From Burkholderiales bacterium (GTDB lineage Bacteria > Pseudomonadota > Gammaproteobacteria > Burkholderiales > Burkholderiaceae_C), in assembly GCA_019510465.1 (NCBI GenBank), contig JAEKKH010000145.1, positions 3,963-67,962 on the forward strand: 64,000 nt of DNA, in the 5' to 3' direction. Positions 1 to 8,500 of the stretch are shown piece by piece; position 1 is the first letter of the stretch; the number at the start of each line of letters is the position of its first letter. Both the position numbers and the translations under genes were made by a program. The notes below the pieces were generated by a model. That model saw only the letters and a list, made by a program, of their open reading frames with translations, was not told where the DNA came from and searched no databases.

Positions 1-680
1 TGCAGCGGCTCGGTGATGCCGCGCACCAGCGCGCGCATCGCCAGCCCGGCCAGCGCGAACGAGGCCAGCACCGCGCCGGCCAGCAGCCAGCGCAGGCGGG
101 CGGACTCGGACTCGATGGACGCGTCGTTGAGCTGGCCGCGCTTGACGAGAAGGTCCGACAGCTCCGACGACGGGCCCAGCCCCAGGCGGTACGACGGGTT
201 GATCGTCTTGATCAGCACCTGCTCCGCGTCGTCCCAGCGGTCGCCGCGCATCGCGTTGGCGGCCGCCTGGACGCTGGCGATGCCCAGGCCGCCGGACGTC
301 TCGTACCAGGCGTCGGCGAGCTTGCGCTCGTCGGGCGACGTGATCCCGGCGTAGTAGGACTTCCACATCGATGCGATTTCCTCCGACGACTTGTCGATCG
401 TCGTCCAGTGCACGGTCAGCGGGTGATCGTGCAGCTTGGACCAGTCGAATTGCGGGTTGTGCTGCAGCGCCTGCAACACCTGGCTGCGGTTGGTCTCCAT
501 CAGCAGCCGGATGCGCGTGAAGGCGATCTCCGATTCGCGGTCGCGCAGCGCGACGTCGCGGAAGGCCTCGCGCGTGCGCCAGCTGCTGTAGTAGCCGAGG
601 GCGCCGACGGCCACGACGGCCGCCATGAGCAGCCCGAGGACGGCGACGATGAGCGTGCGGATCTTGATGTTGGAAAGCAT
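1..680 (-). CDS. Methyl-accepting chemotaxis protein, N-terminal part (TM1, Tar-like periplasmic domain, TM2); runs off the window edge
   Basis: Not in the ORF track; my translation from ATG 680 gives MLSNIKIRTLIVAVLGLLMAAVVAVGALGYY...RSQVLQALQHNP...LHDHPL...WLLAGAVLASFALAGLAMRALVRGITEPL, i.e. two TM helices and a HAMP entry (ITxPL). The signalling domain is outside the window. Confidence 0.75.
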   Translation of the reverse strand, partial: MLSNIKIRTLIVAVLGLLMAAVVAVGALGYYSSWRTREAFRDVALRDRESEIAFTRIRLLMETNRSQVLQALQHNPQFDWSKLHDHPLTVHWTTIDKSSEEIASMWKSYYAGITSPDERKLADAWYETSGGLGIASVQAAANAMRGDRWDDAEQVLIKTINPSYRLGLGPSSELSDLLVKRGQLNDASIESESARLRWLLAGAVLASFALAGLAMRALVRGITEPL

Positions 681-734
681 GGCGATGATCTCGTTGAAGG
701 CGTTCGAAGCGGGGCGTGCGTGCGGGCTCGCGCG

Positions 735-1649
735 TCAGGCGCCCGCGCGCGCGAGGGCGGGCCGGGCGCTGCGCCGGCCCCGCTCGCAGCTGCGGAAGAA
801 GTCGGCCAGCGGCGCGTCGAGCTCGGCCGGGTCGTCGAACTCGAGGTAGGTCACGTCGCACAGGGACCCGAGGTCCTTGAGCAGCGTCGTCTTGATGGGT
901 GCCTGCTTCCACACCAGGAAGAGGATGGGCGTGCAGGCGCCGCGGAACACGTGGTACGAGAGCTCGAAGGCGCTGCTCTCGCTCATGCCGGCGCGGATGT
1001 TGACGAACACGTCGGCCTGGTCGAGCTGGCGCAGGCGGTGGGCGCGGAAGGTCTCGGGCGTGAAGGCGGCGCCGGTCTCGCGCTCGAAGGAGGTGCGGAA
1101 CGTGTCGGCGCTCTCGGCGCGGCAGCCGGTGAGGTAGCGGAACGCGTGCGGACGGCCGTCGCGGGCGCGCAGGCGGTCGAGCACCGACGCGACCACGCCT
1201 TGCTGCGTCTCGCCCGACTCGGTGAAGGGCTGGCGCACGAACAGGCGCAGGTCGCCCGGCGCGGGCTCGTCGAGCGACGTCGGCACGGCCGGCGCACGCG
1301 CGGCGCGCAGGCCGGCGAGGAACGCGTGCGACGCACGATCGGCCTGGGTCGCGGCGCGGTTCTTCAGCAACGTGCGCGCGGCCTGCAGCGCCATCGAGAC
1401 GTACGAGGCGGCCGGGCCCGCGTCTGCCTCCTCATGCCCCTGGGCCACGCCGGCCAGGAACGCGGCGGCGAGCTGGCCGCGCTCGCGCGACTGGTCGCCC
1501 GGATGGCCGCTGTGGGCGGGCTGCACGCGCTCGAGCAGGCGCGCCGCGTCGGCCGGCGTCCAGCGGGCGGGCTGCCGCACTTCGCCGCGAGCCAGGCGCT
1601 GCAGCAGTTCGGCCGCGGCCCGTGAATGGAACTGGTCGGTGGATCCCAT
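735..1649 (-). CDS. Hypothetical protein with C-terminal nucleoside 2-deoxyribosyltransferase / Rcl-like N-glycosidase fold
   Basis: Real start MGSTDQF with GGGAG RBS upstream, at the 3' end of ORF 735..4217. LRLFVRQPF...LDQADVFVNIRAGMSESSAFELSY...TPILFLV matches the NDT pattern (xYxAxPF...IDxADxxV...GTAFELGY...KPVxxL). Confidence 0.6.
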   Translation of the reverse strand: MGSTDQFHSRAAAELLQRLARGEVRQPARWTPADAARLLERVQPAHSGHPGDQSRERGQLAAAFLAGVAQGHEEADAGPAASYVSMALQAARTLLKNRAATQADRASHAFLAGLRAARAPAVPTSLDEPAPGDLRLFVRQPFTESGETQQGVVASVLDRLRARDGRPHAFRYLTGCRAESADTFRTSFERETGAAFTPETFRAHRLRQLDQADVFVNIRAGMSESSAFELSYHVFRGACTPILFLVWKQAPIKTTLLKDLGSLCDVTYLEFDDPAELDAPLADFFRSCERGRRSARPALARAGA

Positions 1650-1765
1650 CGGTGTCGACTCCCTTGTCGTCTCATGCCGAGTCAGCGGAGTCGCAGCAGC
1701 GTCCGTGGGAAGCCGGCGCCCACGCGGGGCGCGATCCTTCGTCCGGACGGGCGTGGCCCGGCCGG

Positions 1766-1862
1766 CGCGCGGCATCCCCGCTGTCGTGGCCCGCATGACA
1801 GGGCGGGCGTTAGACCGGAAGCTTTGCGTCCCCGCCTTTCGGTCGGGTTTGCCTTTGCGGGA
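1766..1862 (-). ncRNA. Cyclic di-GMP-I (GEMM) riboswitch aptamer
   Basis: Minus strand reads AAAGGCAAACCCGACCGAAAGGCGGGGACGCAAAGCTTCCGGTCTAA...ACGACAGCGGGGATGCCG: GGCAAA, GAAA tetraloop, GACGCAAAGC junction, CTAA receptor and 3' GCCG as in the Vc2-type consensus. It lies about 115 nt upstream of ATG 1649. Confidence 0.9.
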
Positions 1863-1975
1863 AGACGCTGCTCGCGCATCCCTCGCGTCATGCTTATCGG
1901 CGCTCCATGGAACAACTCGATACGTCTCCAGGTATCGACGCCATCTGTCCAGGATTCCCGACAGGAAGGCCGCCT

Positions 1976-2160
1976 TCAGCTCGTCCAGTCGATGGCGGCC
2001 AGCAGCCGGCGCAGGCGCGCGGCCTTGCGGGGATTGAGCTGCTCCGCCCAGGCGACGCGCCCGCGCAGGTGCTGCTCCCAGTTCGCCACGCCGGCGCGGT
2101 TCTGCGCCGCGGCGCCGCGCGTCGCGCACAGGTGCGCGGCGGCGCCTCGAGGCGCTCGAG
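1976..2160 (-). pseudogene. C-terminal remnant of a bacterial (retron-like) reverse transcriptase
   Basis: LERLEA-(frameshift)-HLCATRGAAAQNRAGVANWEQHLRGRVAWAEQLNPRKAARLRRLLAAIDWTS* resembles the C-terminal thumb region I recall from a family of bacterial RTs (DRLKAILHNCARHGPASQNR...HLRGRVAW...LNP...IDW). No YADD core is visible upstream. Confidence 0.55.
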
Positions 2161-2411
2161 CCGGCGTAGTGCGCGAATGGGAATTGGTTCGATGAACCAT
2201 CCGGAGGACACTTGGGCGGCGACCGCGTGGCGATTATGGAACGCGACCGTGGCCTGCCGCCGGGCAGCCGCGGGAACTTCCCGCCCGCGATACGCTCGAT
2301 CTGCGCGCCGGACGCCCCGTTGTTGCATCGATGGCCCCCTGCAGCGCCTCGTGACAATTCGGGACTTGTCCGCTGTCCGCGTCCTGTTCTATGCTGCGCT
2401 GCGTCACATCC

Positions 2412-3338
2412 ATGAAGTCCCCGCGTCCCGTCCTCGCCCGCTCCCTCGCCGCCGCCCTGCTCTCGCTGGCCGGCGCCGCCGCGCTCGCCCAGGATGCCGA
2501 GGACACGCTCGTCGCCGACACGGACCTGCAGGCGATGCCCAGCGACACGCTCGACCATGCCGTCTGGGCCACGCTCCTGCCCAGCAACGACGCCGCCGAC
2601 CCGACGATCGTCCGTTCCGCCATCTCGGCCGTGCTCGCCGCCCCCGACGTGAAGCCGAAGTCGATCGTCCCGATCACCGCCCGCAGGGACAGGCCGGCCA
2701 TCGTGCCCGTGCGCATCGACCCCAACGCGGTGATCGCGCCGCCCACGAGGCTGATGTTCGACAGCAACCAGGTGGTGCAGCTCCATGCCGACGGGATGCC
2801 GGCGCCCAACGGCCCCGACCGCGACCCGCTGGTGCGCGTGATGCCGCGCCAGGCCGACCCGAATGCCGTCACCTTCGGCGCCCGCTGGAGCACGCAGGAT
2901 CGCATCCGCGCGCCGCTGCTGTCGGGCCTGTCGTGGGATGCGCACGCCGACCTCGTCTCCGGCGCCGCCCCGGCGCGCGCCGGCAACGTGCGGCGCTCGC
3001 TGCGCATCACCGCGATGTGGGACAACCCGGAAGACCTGTCCATCGGCTTCACGCCAGGCTGGACGCGCGGCGGCGGACGCGAGTTCGAGCACTACGTCAC
3101 CGGCCTCGAGGTCAGCACCGTCGACAAGACCAAGCAGGCGCGGTGGCGGAGCTACGTCGAGCTGTCGGGCGAGAAGCTGGCCTTCAACAACGTGATCGAC
3201 AACGCGACGGCGCATGTCGCCGCCGGCGCCAGCTATGCCACGTCGGCCAGCACGCAGCTCGATTTCAACGTGTCGCGCGGCACCACGTGGACGTCCAACG
3301 ACCTCACCTCCAACGTGGGGCTGTCGCTCAGGTTCTGA
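2412..3338 (+). CDS. Secreted / outer-membrane beta-barrel-like protein (MetA-pathway 'transporter'-like)
   Basis: Signal peptide ending ALA-Q; amphipathic beta-strands; C-terminal VGLSLRF with terminal Phe. Confidence 0.55.
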   Translation: MKSPRPVLARSLAAALLSLAGAAALAQDAEDTLVADTDLQAMPSDTLDHAVWATLLPSNDAADPTIVRSAISAVLAAPDVKPKSIVPITARRDRPAIVPVRIDPNAVIAPPTRLMFDSNQVVQLHADGMPAPNGPDRDPLVRVMPRQADPNAVTFGARWSTQDRIRAPLLSGLSWDAHADLVSGAAPARAGNVRRSLRITAMWDNPEDLSIGFTPGWTRGGGREFEHYVTGLEVSTVDKTKQARWRSYVELSGEKLAFNNVIDNATAHVAAGASYATSASTQLDFNVSRGTTWTSNDLTSNVGLSLRF

Positions 3339-3473
3339 ACGTGAACCGGTCCTGCCGCGGGCGCGCCGCGGCGGGTCGCCAGCGCCTGCGCGCGGGCGGA
3401 CAATGACGCCCAGCGCCATGTCCTTCTTCCTCCTGCCTCCGGCCACGATCCGCTCGCGCGCCCGCACTCGAGC

Positions 3474-4688
3474 GTGACCACGGTCTCGGCCACCTTCCCG
3501 CTCGTCCGCCGGCCCGTGCCGCTGTGGCTGCTGGTGCTCGTCACCTTCAGCGGCACGCTGGCGATGCACATGTTCGTGCCGGCGCTCACGGTCGCGGCGC
3601 AGTCGCTGCACGTCGACGCGGCGACGATCCGCATGACGATCAGCGTCTACATCTTCGGCCTGGCCGTGGGGCAGCTGGTCTACGGGCCGCTGTCGGACGT
3701 GTTCGGGCGCCGGCCCACGCTGCTCGCGGGCCTGGCGCTGTACACCGCCGGCGGCCTGGCGGCCGCGCTCGCGCCCGATGTCGGCGTGCTCGTCGCCGCG
3801 CGCCTGGTGCAGGCGGCAGGCGGCTGCGCGGGGCTGCTGCTGGGGCGCGCGATCGTGCGCGACACCGCCGAATCGAACGACGCCGTGCGCCGCCTCGCGC
3901 TGATGAGCCTGATGACCATGGTGGGGCCCGGCCTGGCGCCCCTGGTGGGCGGCCTGCTGGCCGGCGCCTTCGGCTGGCGCGCGATCTTCGTGCTGCTGAC
4001 GGCGCTCGGCGTCCTGAACTTCACCGTGTCCTGGCGGCTGCTGCCCGAGACGGGCCGACCCGGCGGCACGATCAGCGCCGGTGGCGTGGCACGCGACTAT
4101 CGGGCCTTGCTCGGCTCGCCGCGCTTCGTCGGCTTCGCGTTCGGCGGCGGCTGCGCCACCACGTCGTTCTACGGCTTCATCGCGGCCGCGCCGTTCATCT
4201 TCATCAACCAGCTGCACCGGCCGATCCGCGAGGTCGGCCTCTACCTGGGGCTGCTGGTGGTGGGGGTCTCGCTGGGCAACATCCTCGCGAGCCGGCTCGT
4301 CGGTCGCGTCACGATCGAGCGCTTGCTGATGGCGGGCAGCCTGACCAGCCTCGCGGCGGCGATCGCGCTGCTCGCGGCGCTGCTCGCCTGGCCACCCGGC
4401 GCGGTCGCCCTCGAGGCGCTGATGATCGCCTACTGCGTCGGCGCGGGTCTGTGCAGCCCGGCCGTGTCCACGCTGTCGATCAGCGTCGATCCGCGCCTGA
4501 TCGGCTCGGCGGCGGGCCTGTACGGCTTCACGCAGATGACCATCGGCGCCCTGTGCACGACGCTGGCCGGCCTGGGCCGGGACCCCGCGCTCGCCGCGGC
4601 CGCGGTGCTGGTGGGCGCCGCGCTGCTGGCGCAGGCGTCGTTCCGCGTCGCGCTGCGCACGCCGGCGCGGCCCCGCGCGCCCGCATGA
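3474..4688 (+). CDS. Bcr/CflA family MFS efflux transporter
   Basis: About 12 TM segments; GQLVYGPLSDVFGRRP motif A; LLPET. Confidence 0.9.
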   Translation: MTTVSATFPLVRRPVPLWLLVLVTFSGTLAMHMFVPALTVAAQSLHVDAATIRMTISVYIFGLAVGQLVYGPLSDVFGRRPTLLAGLALYTAGGLAAALAPDVGVLVAARLVQAAGGCAGLLLGRAIVRDTAESNDAVRRLALMSLMTMVGPGLAPLVGGLLAGAFGWRAIFVLLTALGVLNFTVSWRLLPETGRPGGTISAGGVARDYRALLGSPRFVGFAFGGGCATTSFYGFIAAAPFIFINQLHRPIREVGLYLGLLVVGVSLGNILASRLVGRVTIERLLMAGSLTSLAAAIALLAALLAWPPGAVALEALMIAYCVGAGLCSPAVSTLSISVDPRLIGSAAGLYGFTQMTIGALCTTLAGLGRDPALAAAAVLVGAALLAQASFRVALRTPARPRAPA

Positions 4689-4694
4689 GGCCGA

Positions 4695-5072
4695 TCAGCC
4701 GCGCTTGAACTGCAGGCCGTCGAACTTCTCGCTGTAGAACGCGACGCGATCCTTCAGGTCGGCATGCTCGTCGTAGGGCTCCTTCAGCGTCCAGGCGGCG
4801 TCGGGCATCTGCCCGTCGAGGAACTCCATCGTGAAGTAGCTGGCCTCGCCCTTGAACGGGCAGTACGTATGGGTATCGCTGGCGCTCATGCGGTCCATGC
4901 GCACGTTCTCGCGCGGAAAGTAGTAGCGCGGCGGGTTGCCGTCCTCGTCCACCTCGATGACGTCGTCCGAGTCGGCGAGGACGTCGGCGCCGAGCTGCGC
5001 ACGCAGGCGGCCCTGCACGTGGCGCTCGTTGACGTGATGCTCGGGATGCTCGCGGTGGCCGGGGGATCGCAT
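4695..5072 (-). CDS. DUF427 family protein
   Basis: PPRYYFPRENV...THTYCPFKGEASYF...AAW...RVAFY motifs; GAAGGAG RBS. Confidence 0.85.
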   Translation of the reverse strand: MRSPGHREHPEHHVNERHVQGRLRAQLGADVLADSDDVIEVDEDGNPPRYYFPRENVRMDRMSASDTHTYCPFKGEASYFTMEFLDGQMPDAAWTLKEPYDEHADLKDRVAFYSEKFDGLQFKRG

Positions 5073-5122
5073 GCTCGTGCTCCTTCGTTCGTGACCTGCC
5101 GGTTCGCGGCAAGGCGCGCGCC

Positions 5123-6502
5123 TCACAGGCCCTGCGGGTAGGTCTCCGGCGCCTCGCCGGCGTGCGCCGCGCGGCCCGACATCCACGGCTCGTCGGCCTC
5201 CAGCGGCTCGACCGCGCGCGTGCGGTCGACGTGGATCAGCGCGTCGAACTGGCGTGCCACCTGGGCATGGAAATAGTGGCTCTCGCGCTCGGTGTCGGGC
5301 CGGTAGATGACGCCGATCGCGCGCTCGAGCAGCGGATGGTCGAGTGCGCGCGCGAGCCGCGGGTCGTCGCGCAAGGGCAGCAGGAAGCGCGGCAGGCCGG
5401 TGGCGTGCAGCAGGCCCTCGATGGAATCGCCGCGCGACGGATTCACCCGCTTGTGCTCGGCCTTCGCGTCCCACGCCGCCGCCGCCGTCACCGCGCCGTC
5501 GTGCGTCGTGAAGCCCACGAGCCAGCAGTCTTGCGGGAAGCGCTCGCGCACGAGCTGCCCGAGGTTGAGTTCGCCGCGCGCCTGGCCCATCTCGGTATGC
5601 GAGGCGTCGCCGAGGTGCGAGTTGTGCGCCCACACGACGATCTTCGCGGGCCTGCCCGGCTTCGACAGGTGGCGGTCGATCTCCCAGAGCGTGTGCGCCA
5701 TGTGGGTGTCACGCTCGTTCCAGGACGAGACGCCGCTGAGATACATGCCACGGTAGTAGCGCTCGGCGTCGCGCACCAGCGCGGCGTTCTGCTCGGCGTC
5801 GAACTGCGCCTCGGGATCGTCGCCGGCGTCGCGCAGGCCTTGCATCCGGCGCCGCTGCAGGTCGACCAGCGTGCGGATCACGCCCTCTTCGCACGACGGC
5901 GTCGAGCCCAGGCCCGTCATCAGGCCGTAGACCTGGCTGTCGCCGCCGAAGGGCTCGAAGCAGGCGTAGCGCTCGCGCGCACGCGCCGCGACGGCGGCGT
6001 CCTCGCGGTCGAGGTACTCGAGCACCGCCGACATCGACGCGTTGAGGCTGTACAGGTCCAGGCCATAGAAGCCCGTGCGCGTGGCCGCGGGCCGGCCCTC
6101 GTTCCACTCGCGCAGCCGGTCGACGAGATCGACGACCGCCGTGTTGCGCCACATCCAGGTCGGGAAGCGCCGGAAGCCGGACAGCGCTTCGGCGGCCGAG
6201 CGGTCCGCGCCCAGGCCGCGCACGTAACGGTTGACGCGGTAGGCGTCCGGCCAGTCGCCTTCGATCGCGACCGCGCCGAAGCCGCGTTCGGCGATCAACC
6301 GCAGCGTGATGCGGGCGCGCGCCTCGTAGAACTCGTGCGTGCCGTGGGAGGCCTCGCCCAGCAGCACGAAGCGCGCGTTGCCGATGCGGCGCAGCAGCTC
6401 GTCGTGCTCGCCGGCACCGGCGTCCAGCGCGATGGCCGCCGCGCGCACGGCCTCGACCTGGCGTTCGTCCGGCTGCACCTGGCGCCTGAACAGTGAGGAC
6501 AT
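5123..6502 (-). CDS. Erythromycin esterase family protein
   Basis: LLGEASHGTHEFY, EGDWPD, FPTWMWRN, WAHNSHLGD, ERAIGVIY motifs. Confidence 0.9.
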   Translation of the reverse strand: MSSLFRRQVQPDERQVEAVRAAAIALDAGAGEHDELLRRIGNARFVLLGEASHGTHEFYEARARITLRLIAERGFGAVAIEGDWPDAYRVNRYVRGLGADRSAAEALSGFRRFPTWMWRNTAVVDLVDRLREWNEGRPAATRTGFYGLDLYSLNASMSAVLEYLDREDAAVAARARERYACFEPFGGDSQVYGLMTGLGSTPSCEEGVIRTLVDLQRRRMQGLRDAGDDPEAQFDAEQNAALVRDAERYYRGMYLSGVSSWNERDTHMAHTLWEIDRHLSKPGRPAKIVVWAHNSHLGDASHTEMGQARGELNLGQLVRERFPQDCWLVGFTTHDGAVTAAAAWDAKAEHKRVNPSRGDSIEGLLHATGLPRFLLPLRDDPRLARALDHPLLERAIGVIYRPDTERESHYFHAQVARQFDALIHVDRTRAVEPLEADEPWMSGRAAHAGEAPETYPQGL

Positions 6503-6616
6503 GCCTTGCTCCTTCCAAGCCGGCGCGACACCTCATCGCCCGGTCGCCAGGGGCAGCAAGGCGCGCGCCCGAAGCTGCGCGCTGCAGCGGCGGGCCAGCC
6601 GCGGCGAAGCCCGCCG

Positions 6617-6946
6617 TCAGTGCGTCGTCTTCTTGCGCGGCGCGGGCTTGTGGAACAGGGCGCGCAGCTCGTCCTTCGCGCCCTCGAGGCGCTTGCGCTG
6701 GCTCGCGGCCAGGTTGTGGCCGGCGCGATTGATGTAGAAGGTCAGCATGGACATCGCCGAGCGGTACGGATCGCTCTTGCGGCGATCGCTGTGCTCGGCC
6801 GAGCGCTTGAGCGAACGCGCGATCTGCTTCGGGTCCTTCAGCTTGAACACGTCGGCTTGCAGGTCCATCGCGTTGCTCGTCTCCGTGACCTTCTGCGACC
6901 ACTTGCGGGCGGGCGGCGTGTTCGACTTGGAATGCGTGGCGGCCAT
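6617..6946 (-). CDS. DUF3175 family protein
   Basis: KWSQKVTETSNAMDL...IARSLKRSAE...SAMSMLTFYINRAG. Confidence 0.85.
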   Translation of the reverse strand: MAATHSKSNTPPARKWSQKVTETSNAMDLQADVFKLKDPKQIARSLKRSAEHSDRRKSDPYRSAMSMLTFYINRAGHNLAASQRKRLEGAKDELRALFHKPAPRKKTTH

Positions 6947-7098
6947 GTCGGCTCCTGGAGGGCGATGGCCACTCCCGGCAAGCCGGACGCCCGACTCGAT
7001 TCAGGGAGCGACGGAAGATCGGGGCGGGATGAGCAAGACCTGCGGGCGTGCGGGCCTCGGCGCGTTCGCCAGGCGCCGGCTTTCGGGGCGGCGAGCGT

Positions 7099-8076
7099 TC
7101 AGACCAGCGCCCGCAAGCCCTGCCAACCGACGTACAGCCCCACCAGGAGGATCAGGCCGCCCGAGAAATAGGGGGCCTTGGCCGCCAGCTCGTTGAAGCG
7201 ACCGCTGCCCATGCGGCGCGACAGGTGCTTCAGCCCCACCGCCGCGATCACGCCCGAGGCCACCATCGTCAGCGCGAGGCCGACCGAGAAGCCGAGGACC
7301 AGCGTCGCGCCGAGCGCGATGCGCTTGAGCTGCAGGCACAACAGCAGCACCGTGATCGAGGCCGGACACGGGATCAGGCCACCGGTCAGGCCGAACATCA
7401 CGATCTGGCCGGTGCTGACGTGACGGCCGGCGAAGCGGCGCTGGATGTCGGCCGCGTGCGCACGGCCGTGGGCATCGTCGTCGCCCGCGTCGGCGGGCGG
7501 CACGGCCCTGGCGTGCGCAGGGCCGTGGTCGTGGCCGCACGCGCCCTGGCCGCGATGCGCGTGGTCATCGTGCGGATGGCCATGCCCGTCATGCAAATGC
7601 GCCTGCGCCAGGGCCTGCGCGTCGCGCGCGGCGCGCGCGGGCGCCGGGGCGTTCGCGTGGGCGCCATGGTCATGGTCGTGATCATCTCCATGGCCATGCC
7701 CGTGCGCCCCTTCGCCGTGGTCATGGAAGCATGCCGCCTTGTCCTGCGCCGTGCGCCACAGCATCCACGCCGCCACGCCGATGATCAGAACGGCCGAGAT
7801 CAGCTGCATCCACGGCTCGCTCGCCTCGGCGCTCCAGCGCTGTCCGAAGTACATGCCGCCGAGCGCGATCAGCCACACGATGGCCGTATGCGAGACGGTC
7901 GCCGCCAGGCCGAGCAGCACCGCCTGCAGGACGGTGCCGCGCACGGCGACGATGAACGCCGCCATCATCGTCTTCGAGTGGCCGGGCTCGAGGCCGTGCA
8001 GGGCGCCGAGCAGGATGGCGCTCGGCAGGAACAGCCAGGCGTTGCCGCCGGCCAGCAGGGCTTGGAAGTCGGTCAT
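7099..8076 (-). CDS. rcnA: Nickel/cobalt efflux transporter RcnA
   Basis: LGALHGLEPGHSKTMMAAF, His-rich loop, FGLTGGLIPCPASITVLLLC. Confidence 0.92.
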   Translation of the reverse strand: MTDFQALLAGGNAWLFLPSAILLGALHGLEPGHSKTMMAAFIVAVRGTVLQAVLLGLAATVSHTAIVWLIALGGMYFGQRWSAEASEPWMQLISAVLIIGVAAWMLWRTAQDKAACFHDHGEGAHGHGHGDDHDHDHGAHANAPAPARAARDAQALAQAHLHDGHGHPHDDHAHRGQGACGHDHGPAHARAVPPADAGDDDAHGRAHAADIQRRFAGRHVSTGQIVMFGLTGGLIPCPASITVLLLCLQLKRIALGATLVLGFSVGLALTMVASGVIAAVGLKHLSRRMGSGRFNELAAKAPYFSGGLILLVGLYVGWQGLRALV

Positions 8077-8336
8077 AGGTACTTGGTGATCGCCTTGAAC
8101 TGGGTGATCGCGTCGCGGGCGCCGACACCGTCGACGGCATGCTCCAGGCAGTGGTCGATGTGGTCGTGCACCAGCGTCTTCTTGGCATTGGCCACGGCGC
8201 TCTCGACGGCCTGCATCTGCTGGGCGATCTCGAGGCAGTCGCGCCCCTCCTCCAGCATCGCGACGATGCTGCGCAGGTGGCCCTCGGCACGCTTCAGGCG
8301 CTTGATGATCTCGGGGTGGGACGGGTGGACGGCCAT
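8073..8336 (-). CDS. CsoR/RcnR family (NreA-like) metal-sensing repressor
   Basis: HPEIIKRLKRAEGHL...DCLEIAQQ...HDHIDHC; overlaps the rcnA start by 4 bp. Confidence 0.9.
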   Translation of the reverse strand: MAVHPSHPEIIKRLKRAEGHLRSIVAMLEEGRDCLEIAQQMQAVESAVANAKKTLVHDHIDHCLEHAVDGVGARDAITQFKAITKYL

Positions 8337-8342
8337 GTCTCG

Positions 8343-8361
8343 TATCCTGTGGGGGAGGATA
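8343..8361. promoter_or_regulatory. Probable RcnR/CsoR-type operator
   Basis: TATCCT-GTGGGGG-AGGATA: inverted repeat flanking a G-tract, immediately upstream of the repressor ATG. Confidence 0.6.
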
Positions 8362-8440
8362 GGATACCCCATCGGCCGTCCCCATGCTGGACTGCGAGGC
8401 TTGCAGGGTCATGCTTGCCAGGCGATGACCTGCGGTTTAT

Positions 8441-8458
8441 TAGTTGTATTGCACAACT
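8441..8458. promoter_or_regulatory. Probable NrtR operator of the NAD salvage operon
   Basis: TAGTTGT-ATTGC-ACAACT palindrome in an AT-rich promoter; near-identical copy upstream of nrtR. Confidence 0.7.
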
Positions 8459-8500
8459 TGATGGTGTATAGTGAACTCACGGACAACAAGGGACAGTCCC

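Noticed and set aside
1766-1862. c-AMP-GMP (GEMM-Ib) specificity
   Set aside because: The discriminator position is G (AAGGCAAA), the c-di-GMP type, not A.
735-4217. 1160-aa minus-strand ORF as one gene
   Set aside because: Upstream of 1649 it runs through the riboswitch and antisense to two good genes; only the last 304 codons look like protein.
5123-6502. Macrolide resistance gene
   Set aside because: Belongs to the broad chromosomal esterase-like family; no mobile context and no evidence of EreA/EreB activity.
7450-7730. His/Asp-rich low-complexity stretch
   Set aside because: The normal cytoplasmic loop of RcnA.
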